Origin: Anaerolineae bacterium
Lineage (GTDB): Bacteria > Chloroflexota > Anaerolineae > Fen-1058
Reading direction: 5' to 3'
Assembly (NCBI GenBank): GCA_035693785.1
Contig: DASSFZ010000153.1
Coordinates: 1-45,716, forward strand
DNA: 45,716 bases
The notes below the pieces were generated by a model. That model was not told the origin of the DNA, ran no database searches, and saw only the letters and a list, made by a program, of their open reading frames with translations. This document shows, in pieces, positions 17,319-25,440 of the stretch. Each line of letters opens with the position of its first letter. The first letter of the stretch is position 1. The position numbers were made by a program, and so were the translations under genes.

Positions 17319-17933
17319 TCAAACTTCAAAATCCGTGTCCCAGCATGAGGGACAGCAGCCCACCTCTGTCGTGCGTGCCAGGACTGAGGTCGTCAGCGCA
17401 TCGGGCGGGCACGGCTTGAACCCGACCGCGCCGCACTGGCAGGCGTACCAGCCGGGCGCGGCGGCGGCGTAGCAGGGATGCGGCCCAAGCGTCACTTGCT
17501 CCACACCGGAGCCCCAGCGTGCGTTGGTGATCAGTCGCCGGCAGCCTGCGGCCCGCAGCTTCCTGACATAGTCGCCGAAGTGCCGGCAGTGGCGCATGAG
17601 CAGCACGCCGACGGTTATGCCGCTCGGAAATGGTATCGAGAGGGCGTCACCGCGGATCACGGTGAGGTTGTGAGGGTAGGGGCGGGCCTTGCGCCCGCCC
17701 GTCTCGCGTTCGCCTGTGAGCAATTCGCCGTGCTGCTCGATCGCGATCACGGCGCGTGTCTGTTCCGCAGCCCGGCGCGCAAAGCGCAAATCGCCTGCGC
17801 CGATGTCGAGGACGACATCACGCGCCCGGAGGAGCGCGAGCGCCGCGCGGTAGGTGGGTTCGTCGTACGGCGCCCAGGCGGATTCCCAATCCGCGTCGCT
17901 CAGATCTGCTGGGTGATAGTCCAGGTCAGCCAC
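17319..17933 (-). CDS. Class I SAM-dependent methyltransferase-like protein with a Cys-rich C-terminal tail
   Basis: Motif I-like VVLDIGAGDLRFARRAA..AIE. The tail reads CYAAAAPGWYACQCGAVGFKPCPP....GCCPSCW. The start is uncertain: the GTG at 17933 was chosen because the upstream part of ORF 17319..18218 overlaps the sdhD-like gene in another frame. Confidence 0.5.
   Translation of the reverse strand: MADLDYHPADLSDADWESAWAPYDEPTYRAALALLRARDVVLDIGAGDLRFARRAAEQTRAVIAIEQHGELLTGERETGGRKARPYPHNLTVIRGDALSIPFPSGITVGVLLMRHCRHFGDYVRKLRAAGCRRLITNARWGSGVEQVTLGPHPCYAAAAPGWYACQCGAVGFKPCPPDALTTSVLARTTEVGCCPSCWDTDFEV
17676..17700. repeat. GTAGGG-headed GC stem-loop repeat (copy 2), inside the methyltransferase CDS
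   Basis: gtagg gggcgggc cttgc gcccgccc gives an 8-bp perfect GC stem. On the coding (minus) strand it is read in frame as part of ..GGRKARPYP.. Confidence 0.5.
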
Positions 17934-18265
17934 ATCCCGTATGCGACAGTGAATACGCCGACGACGAACAGCACGCGCGACACGGTCGTTTCGGCGCGCG
18001 CGCTCAGGCCCAGGTCGAACAGGATCGAGCGCACGCCGAGCAGCGCGTGCGCCGTCACCGTCACCAGGAACAGGAGCTCCAGCACGACGACGATCGGGTT
18101 GCGCAGAAAGTCTGCCACGCCGGCAAAGTCGCGGATGCCCCCTTCCGCGATGAAGTGTTGTGTAATCATGTGCAGCGCCAGCAGCACGATCAGTCCCACG
18201 CCGGTGAGCGCCTGCCACAGCCAGGCGGTGGTCGGGGCCGGTTTCTGTTCGGATAAATCTTCCAT
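17900..18265 (-). CDS. SdhD-like small membrane anchor subunit (3 TM)
   Basis: 121 aa with three hydrophobic helices and a His in helix 1-2 (LLALHMITQHF). It starts 5 nt after the sdhC-like stop. Confidence 0.6.
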   Translation of the reverse strand: MEDLSEQKPAPTTAWLWQALTGVGLIVLLALHMITQHFIAEGGIRDFAGVADFLRNPIVVVLELLFLVTVTAHALLGVRSILFDLGLSARAETTVSRVLFVVGVFTVAYGMWLTWTITQQI

Positions 18266-18270
18266 CGCCG

Positions 18271-18663
18271 TCAGCTCCCGAAAACCATGATACCCATCAC
18301 GACGGTACCGATCCCCGCGATCAGCATCAACCCGACGAACAGGCTCTTCTGGCTGCGCGTGCCGAAGCCCAGCCCGGTAAGCGTCACGCGAATGCCGTTC
18401 AACCCGTGAATCAGCCACCCGGCGATGAGAATGACGTCGAGCGCCAGGAACAGCGGCGACCGCGCCAGGTTGACGAAGGGATCCCACATATCTGGTCCGC
18501 CTGCCAGCATGCTTAGGACGATTAAGTGCAGGTAGAGATAGACCACCAGCCCGATGCCGGTCACGCGATTGAGTGTGTAAGCCCACATTCCCATCCCGCG
18601 CCGGCGCACGTCGGCCCATTGCGCGGTGCGGCGCAGCCTGGAGCTTTGAAGTCGTGTCGCCAT
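18271..18663 (-). CDS. SdhC-like cytochrome b membrane anchor subunit (3 TM)
   Basis: 130 aa. NRVTGIGLVVYLYLHLIV and WLIHGLNGIRV are typical of SdhC/FrdC-type anchors with His ligands. Its ATG lies 1 nt from the sdhB-like stop. Confidence 0.6.
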   Translation of the reverse strand: MATRLQSSRLRRTAQWADVRRRGMGMWAYTLNRVTGIGLVVYLYLHLIVLSMLAGGPDMWDPFVNLARSPLFLALDVILIAGWLIHGLNGIRVTLTGLGFGTRSQKSLFVGLMLIAGIGTVVMGIMVFGS

Positions 18664-18664
18664 A

Positions 18665-19432
18665 TCACCGTCCGAATAGTTTCCTGATTCGATGCTTGAC
18701 CAGGTCGCGGCGCAGCAACATGATGGCCCCGGCCGGGTCGACCCCTTGCGGGCAGGCTTCGGTGCACTCCCAGCCGCTGTGGCAGCGCCACACTCCGTGC
18801 TCACCATCGGACAGCTCGAGCAGCCGCGCCGATTCCGCTTTGTTCGACGCTTCGAGGCGGGCGCGGTAAATCCCGGCCAGCGCCGCCGGCCCCATAAACT
18901 TATCGCTCGTCGCCGTCGTCGGGCAGGCGCTGATACATATTCCACATTCGATGCAATTCTCGAAGCGGTTCGCGCGCGCCACGCCCTCGGGCAGCGTAAC
19001 GGATCGCGCGTCTTGCGGCCGGCCGTCTGCGGCGCCGGCCGGCACAGGCAGATACGCTTCCGCCGCGCGCGTGATGACCATGCCCGACGTCGACATTCGC
19101 TGAAAGAAGCCGCTTACGTCGACGACGAGGTCGCTGACGATGGGAAAGTTGCGCAGCGGCTCGATGCGCAAGTCGCCGCGGCCGCGCCACACGTCGCGAA
19201 CCGGCGTGATGCACGGCAACTTCTCGCAGCCGTCGATGCGCACGGCGCACGATCCGCACGAGGCGTGGTGGCAGGCATGCCGAAAGGTAAGGCTGCGGTC
19301 GTGCTGCGCCCATGCCGCTTCGATGGCGTCGAGCACGTTGGCCGTATCTGCAACCTGGACGCGGAACGTGTCGTATCGCGGTGGCTGGCCGGCCTTATAC
19401 CGGAAGACCTTGAGCGCGACTTCGAGTATCAC
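18665..19432 (-). CDS. Succinate dehydrogenase/fumarate reductase-type iron-sulfur subunit (SdhB/FrdB-like)
   Basis: [2Fe-2S] motif CHHASCGSCAVRIDGCEKLPC, [4Fe-4S] motif CIECGICISACP and [3Fe-4S] motif CHSGWECTEACP. The start is uncertain: GTG at 19432 fits the family N-terminus (..LKVFRY..), with a TTG at 19525 as the alternative. Confidence 0.8.
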   Translation of the reverse strand: MILEVALKVFRYKAGQPPRYDTFRVQVADTANVLDAIEAAWAQHDRSLTFRHACHHASCGSCAVRIDGCEKLPCITPVRDVWRGRGDLRIEPLRNFPIVSDLVVDVSGFFQRMSTSGMVITRAAEAYLPVPAGAADGRPQDARSVTLPEGVARANRFENCIECGICISACPTTATSDKFMGPAALAGIYRARLEASNKAESARLLELSDGEHGVWRCHSGWECTEACPQGVDPAGAIMLLRRDLVKHRIRKLFGR

Positions 19433-19552
19433 ATCGATCTCACTGACTGGACTCCGGCAATTTGCCGGAGTGCGGCCATCAGGCCGCCATATCTTCGGCC
19501 TCCGCAGGCTGTTGAATGTTAACAATTTAATCCGACACTAAACGCAGGCGAC

Positions 19553-19603
19553 GTAGGGCGGCTTTCGATAGCCGCCTTCAAGGCAGGCATAGAAGACCCT
19601 GCC
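19553..19603. repeat. GTAGGG-headed stem-loop repeat (copy 3) plus a second hairpin
   Basis: First hairpin: gtagg ggcggct-ttcgat-agccgcc. Second hairpin: ggcagg-catagaagac-cctgcc. Both lie in the gap between the glpA-like and sdhB-like genes. Confidence 0.45.
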
Positions 19604-19681
19604 CCCGGATTGTCGGATCTATTTGTTAAGCTGCAAAAGCCTGCACTCCAGACACCAGAGATAGCCGTTGCCAAACTCCAA

Positions 19682-20839
19682 TCACTGATAGAAAAGCCGA
19701 TAGGACGCCAGCGGCGTATCGCGCGTGCGGCACTCGGCTCCGATCCCTAGCTTGTTGCATACAATATCGGAGACCTTCTCGGCCATGGCGCGGGCCGTCG
19801 TCGTCTTGCCGCCGGAAATCGTGACGAAGCCATCTATGCCGTCGCGCTTGTGGTCGAAACATTCGAACGTCCGGCTGACTTCGCGCTCGTCGACGCCGCC
19901 TTTGCTGATGAGGGGACGCGCCGCGGCCATCACGCCGCGCAGCGGCACCTGCCGGATGCCGGGCAGCAGCATCTCGCCCTGCTGGAACATCTTGTCGACG
20001 TGCTCCTGCGGAATCGGAATCAGATCGGGGTCGTCGACGGCCCACGAAGTCGTGCCGATGATCGACGTCGTCCGCTGGGGGACGACGATGTCGCCGTCCG
20101 AAGGCTTGTTCAGGCGGTTGACGACCATGTTGTTCAGCCGCTTGCCGACGGTGACCATCACACCGGCGGTGGGCGATACCGGCACGTCGACACCGGCCAT
20201 CTCCGCGATTTCGCCGGCCCACGGTCCGGTCGCGTTGACGACGATGTCGGCCCCGATGCTTTCCGTCTTGCCTGTGCGGTGATCCACGACGGTCACACCG
20301 GTCACGCTCTGGCCGGAGCGCGTGACTTCCTTGACTTCACAGTACGTGCGCACGATGGCCCCGTTTCGGTGCGCGGTGGCGAGAAACGCCAGGCAGAAGC
20401 GAAACGGCTCGAACACGCCGTCGGGCACCTGCACGGCGGCGAGCGTCTTCGGATTGAGGAGCGGCTCGACCTCGAACGCGCGCTTGAGCGGCAGGTCGCG
20501 CGCCGGGATGTGGCACGCTTCGCAGCCCGCCAGGAACTTCTCCTTGAAGGCCAGATCGTCTTCCGTGATGGCCACGAACAGGCCGTCGTTCAGCTCCAAT
20601 ACATCCGGCATGATCCTGCGCAGAATCATATTTTCGTCGATGCACTCGATCGCCGATTCCTGATCCTTGACACAGTAACGCCCACCGGAGTGCAGCAGGC
20701 AGTGATTCCGGCCGGTCGTGCCGGACGCGACTTCGCCGCGCTCGATCACGGTGACGCGCAAGCCGCGCAGCGCCAGGTCGTGCGCGGTCGCTGCTCCGGT
20801 CGAACCGGCGCCGATGACAATCACGTGAGGGGCAGACAT
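19682..20839 (-). CDS. GlpA-type FAD-dependent glycerol-3-phosphate dehydrogenase, short form without the C-terminal Fe-S domain
   Basis: Colinear with my recollection of E. coli GlpA residues 1 to about 420: VIVIGAGSTGAATAHDLALRGLRV, SGTTGRNHCLLHSGGRY, VPDGVFEPFRF, VVNATGPWAGEIA, KPSDGDIVVP, FVTISGGKTTTARAMAE, CNKLG. The protein ends there at 385 aa. The ATG at 20839 was chosen. Confidence 0.8.
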   Translation of the reverse strand: MSAPHVIVIGAGSTGAATAHDLALRGLRVTVIERGEVASGTTGRNHCLLHSGGRYCVKDQESAIECIDENMILRRIMPDVLELNDGLFVAITEDDLAFKEKFLAGCEACHIPARDLPLKRAFEVEPLLNPKTLAAVQVPDGVFEPFRFCLAFLATAHRNGAIVRTYCEVKEVTRSGQSVTGVTVVDHRTGKTESIGADIVVNATGPWAGEIAEMAGVDVPVSPTAGVMVTVGKRLNNMVVNRLNKPSDGDIVVPQRTTSIIGTTSWAVDDPDLIPIPQEHVDKMFQQGEMLLPGIRQVPLRGVMAAARPLISKGGVDEREVSRTFECFDHKRDGIDGFVTISGGKTTTARAMAEKVSDIVCNKLGIGAECRTRDTPLASYRLFYQ

Positions 20840-20872
20840 AGACTCTCTTGCTCTCGTACCGATATGCAAGAA

Positions 20873-20962
20873 AGCCTGGAAGCCTGCAACCCGGCTTCCA
20901 GGCTTCCGCCAGTGACGTACCAGCTCCAGACTTCGGAAGTCTCTTGAAGACTTCCGAAGTCT
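20873..20962. repeat. Intercistronic hairpin cluster: a 12-bp stem-loop plus the twin AGACTTCGGAAGTCT / AGACTTCCGAAGTCT element
   Basis: agcctggaagcc-tgcaaccc-ggcttccaggct (20873..20904). Then agacttcggaagtct (20928..20942), cttga, agacttccgaagtct (20948..20962). The two 15-mers are reverse complements of each other. The cluster lies between the glpK stop and the glpA-like start. Confidence 0.7.
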
Positions 20963-20972
20963 TCAGCAATCC

Positions 20973-22472
<1,500 letters not shown>

Positions 22473-22553
22473 CTTATGCCTCCATCTGATAGAGCGTTGT
22501 GCCTGTTCGGTAGGCCGCCATGCGTCGTACCAACAGGGCATATTCCGCCGACG

Positions 22554-23210
22554 CTAGCCGCCGTTAGTCCAGGTATCGGCAGCGGCCTTGAGGAGCAAGT
22601 GCGACGAGGTCGCGCCCGGGTCTTGATGCCCGGCGCTGCGCTCGCCCAGGTAGCTGGCGCGGCCCTTCTTGGCGACCAAGGGAATGGTGGCGATCATGCC
22701 CTGCTCGGCAGCTTGGGCCGACTTCACGAGCGCCTCACGCATAGGCGTGCCATTAGCCGCCGCCTCTTTCAGCGTCACCAGCGCGGGCGAGAGCGCGTCG
22801 ACCATCGTCTTGTCCCCGAGGTTGGCCTTGCCGCGCATGACCACACCGTTCACGCCGGCTTCTAACGCGTCGACCCAGTCGGCCAGAGTGAGCTCCAGTT
22901 TGCCCGCGGACGAAGTTCCCATCTGCATGAAGAGCGTGCCGTAGAGCGGGCCACCGGCCCCCCCGACGGTAGAGACCAGCGTCATGCCGACTGTCTTCAG
23001 GATCGCGCCGATATCCTTGTCGGAGACGCCGGGCAGCTTGGTGAGTGCAGCCTGAAAACCGCGATCCATGTTCGCGCCGTGATCGGCGTCTCCGATGGCC
23101 GCATCCAACTGAGTCAGATACTCTTTGTTGTCGGCGATGACGGCCGCGTAGGCCCTGATCCATGCGAGAACGGCGTCCCGCGATACACTGTTGGTCACTC
23201 TGGCCCCCAT
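22554..23210 (-). CDS. dhaL: Dihydroxyacetone kinase ADP-binding subunit DhaL
   Basis: [22 protein letters not shown] and [13 protein letters not shown]. The ATG at 23210 was chosen; the TTG at 23249 would lie inside a 16-bp hairpin. Confidence 0.85.
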   Translation of the reverse strand: MGARVTNSVSRDAVLAWIRAYAAVIADNKEYLTQLDAAIGDADHGANMDRGFQAALTKLPGVSDKDIGAILKTVGMTLVSTVGGAGGPLYGTLFMQMGTSSAGKLELTLADWVDALEAGVNGVVMRGKANLGDKTMVDALSPALVTLKEAAANGTPMREALVKSAQAAEQGMIATIPLVAKKGRASYLGERSAGHQDPGATSSHLLLKAAADTWTNGG

Positions 23211-23217
23211 GAATTGC

Positions 23218-23272
23218 GACGAAGGACGAAAGACGGATGGCGCAAACAACGACCAATCTTTCGTCCTTCGTC
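23218..23272 (-). other. Perfect 16-bp stem-loop between dhaK and dhaL
   Basis: gacgaaggacgaaaga (23218..23233) pairs with tctttcgtccttcgtc (23257..23272) across a 23-nt loop. The 3' arm on the mRNA ends 7 nt before the dhaL ATG. Confidence 0.7.
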
Positions 23273-23290
23273 ATCGGTCACCCGTCGATC

Positions 23291-24292
23291 TTACATCCCC
23301 CAGCGCATGCCGGCCGTCTTGACCGGCGCGTCCCACAGCTTGGTCAGGTTGTCGTCCAGCTTGAGCAGGGTGATGGAGCATCCGGCCATTTCGAGCGAGG
23401 TGATGTACGAGCCGATGAGGTTGCGCACAATCTTCACCCTACGACCGGCGCAGATCTTCGCCAGCTCATTATACACCACGTACAGCTCGATGACGGGCGT
23501 GCCCCCCATGCCGTTGACGAAGGCCAGCACCTCGTCGCCGGACTTGAAGGGCAGATCGTCGAGCACGGGTATGGCGAGCATCTCGGTGATCTCGGCCGCC
23601 GTCTTGAGCTTCATGCGCGTGCGGCCTGGCTCGCCGTGGATGCCAATGCCGATCTCCATCTCGTCCTCCGGCAGATCGAACGTCGGCTTGCCGACATGCG
23701 GCACGGTGCATGAAGTCAGCGCCATGCCCATGCTGCGGCCGTTCGCGTTGACCTTGCGGCAGATGTCGGCCACTTCTTTGAGCGAGCGCTTCTGCTCGGC
23801 GGCCGCGCCGGAGATCTTCTCCGACAGCACGGTGACGCCGACGCCGCGCCGTCCAGCGGTGTACAGGCTGTCCTGCACCGCCACGTCGTCGTTGGTGACG
23901 ACGCTCTCCACCTCGATACCCTCGCCCCGCGCCAGGTCGGCGGCCATCTCGAAGTTCATGATGTCGCCGGTGTAGTTCTTGACGACGTGAAGCACGCCGG
24001 CTCCCCCGTTCACGGCCTTCGTGGCTTCCAGCATCTGGTCGGGTGTGGGCGAGGTGAACACGGCACCTGGGCAGGCCGCGTCGAGCATGCCGGGGCCGAC
24101 GAAGCCGCCGTGCATCGGCTCGTGGCCGGAGCCACCGCCGGAGATGACGCCCACTTTGCCCTTCACCGGCGCGTCGGCGCGCACGATGTAGTTCGGCTCG
24201 AAGAACACCTTGACCAGGTCAGGGTGGGCCGCGGCGATGCCCTGAAGCTCTTCCTTGACGACGTCTTCGGGCTTGTTGATCAGTTTCTTCAT
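23291..24292 (-). CDS. dhaK: Dihydroxyacetone kinase substrate-binding subunit DhaK
   Basis: [43 protein letters not shown] and NYTGD..NF. Confidence 0.92.
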   Translation of the reverse strand: MKKLINKPEDVVKEELQGIAAAHPDLVKVFFEPNYIVRADAPVKGKVGVISGGGSGHEPMHGGFVGPGMLDAACPGAVFTSPTPDQMLEATKAVNGGAGVLHVVKNYTGDIMNFEMAADLARGEGIEVESVVTNDDVAVQDSLYTAGRRGVGVTVLSEKISGAAAEQKRSLKEVADICRKVNANGRSMGMALTSCTVPHVGKPTFDLPEDEMEIGIGIHGEPGRTRMKLKTAAEITEMLAIPVLDDLPFKSGDEVLAFVNGMGGTPVIELYVVYNELAKICAGRRVKIVRNLIGSYITSLEMAGCSITLLKLDDNLTKLWDAPVKTAGMRWGM

Positions 24293-24327
24293 CGGTGCCC
24301 CCTGTCAGTGAATGGTTGAGGCTGATG

Positions 24328-25074
24328 CTACATGCCCAGCGCCTGCGCCAGGAACGCGGCCAGCGCACCACCTATGACCGGACCGACTACCGGGATCCAC
24401 GAGTAGCCCCAGTCGCTGCCGCCCTTGCCGGGGATCGGCAGGAGGAAGTGTGCAATACGCGGGCCAAGGTCGCGCGCGGGGTTAATCGCGTATCCTGTCG
24501 GGCCGCCCAGGCTCAAGCCAATGCCCCACACCAGTGCCGCGACTAGGAACGGACCGACACCAGTGGAAGGAGCGCCCTGAGCAGTGGCGGACGCGCTGAA
24601 GATCGCGTAGATCACGAACATCAGCACGAAGGTGCCAATGATCTCGGTGATCAGGTTCCACAGAGGGCTGCGGATGGCCGGGATGGTACTATGGCACGCC
24701 AGCTTCAAGTTGGCATCTGCAGTCTCGCCCCAGTGCTTGTAGTAGGCCAGGAAGACCAGCACCGAGCCGAGGAACGCGCCGACGAACTCGCCCGCGATGC
24801 GGGCCAGCCCCTCGCTGAGTGTCGTCGCTGCACCCCCTCCGGCGCCGCGGATGATCTTGCCGATCGTGACTGCCGGATTGAGATCGGCTTGGCCACTTCC
24901 CGCTGCCTGTGCCGTGAACACGCCCACCATGACTGCAAAGCACCAGCCAGCGGTGATGACGATCCAGCCACTGCCTTGTGCCTTGGACTTGCCGAGCAGG
25001 ACGGCTGCGACCACGCCGTTGCCCAAGAGGATAAGCATCATCGTGCCGAGAAGTTCGCCTACGAACGGGCTCAT
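24328..25074 (-). CDS. glpF: Aquaglyceroporin / glycerol uptake facilitator (MIP family)
   Basis: Two NPA boxes (DLNPAVTIG and AINPARDLGPR). The ATG at 25074 follows AAGGGGGA. The upstream part of ORF 24328..25212 is not MIP-like. Confidence 0.88.
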   Translation of the reverse strand: MSPFVGELLGTMMLILLGNGVVAAVLLGKSKAQGSGWIVITAGWCFAVMVGVFTAQAAGSGQADLNPAVTIGKIIRGAGGGAATTLSEGLARIAGEFVGAFLGSVLVFLAYYKHWGETADANLKLACHSTIPAIRSPLWNLITEIIGTFVLMFVIYAIFSASATAQGAPSTGVGPFLVAALVWGIGLSLGGPTGYAINPARDLGPRIAHFLLPIPGKGGSDWGYSWIPVVGPVIGGALAAFLAQALGM

Positions 25075-25375
25075 GGCATTTCCCCCTTTGATTGGAAAGT
25101 TCGAGCGGATAGACGATGGTGGTCTGATTGGGTTCTGCGAGTTGTTTTGTGGCGACGACCTCCTTTCTACGCTGCATGCAGCATATGCGGTGATGAGCAA
25201 GAAAAACACCATCCGGAGCGATTACTCACAGAACGGTGTTCATCAAGTCACCCCCATAACTCGTCCCTGCAGAGCCACATCCCCGCGATATGGCATAAAC
25301 CGTCGGAGTTGTGTGAATGGGGCATATAATGTTTATATTTCAGGTACCGTTTCTCTGGCTATTTGCAAACTCCGA

Positions 25376-25392
25376 TGTTTCATCTTGAAACA
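25376..25392. promoter_or_regulatory. 17-bp palindrome in the glpF upstream region (candidate operator)
   Basis: TGTTTCA-tct-TGAAACA, about 300 nt upstream of the glpF ATG and about 50 nt downstream of the dhaR stop. Confidence 0.3.
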
Positions 25393-25440
25393 AAGCCGTA
25401 CCCAGGTACTGTCTCAGTTTGAACCATTGCACGCACCTGG

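Noticed and set aside
25389-25404. Sigma54-like -24/-12 element on the minus strand (TGGGTACGGCTTTGTT) upstream of glpF.
   Set aside because: The GG and TTG spacing fits, but the near-invariant -12 GC is GT. The site is more than 300 nt from the ATG, and the adjacent regulator has GAYGTA instead of GAFTGA. It is probably a chance match.
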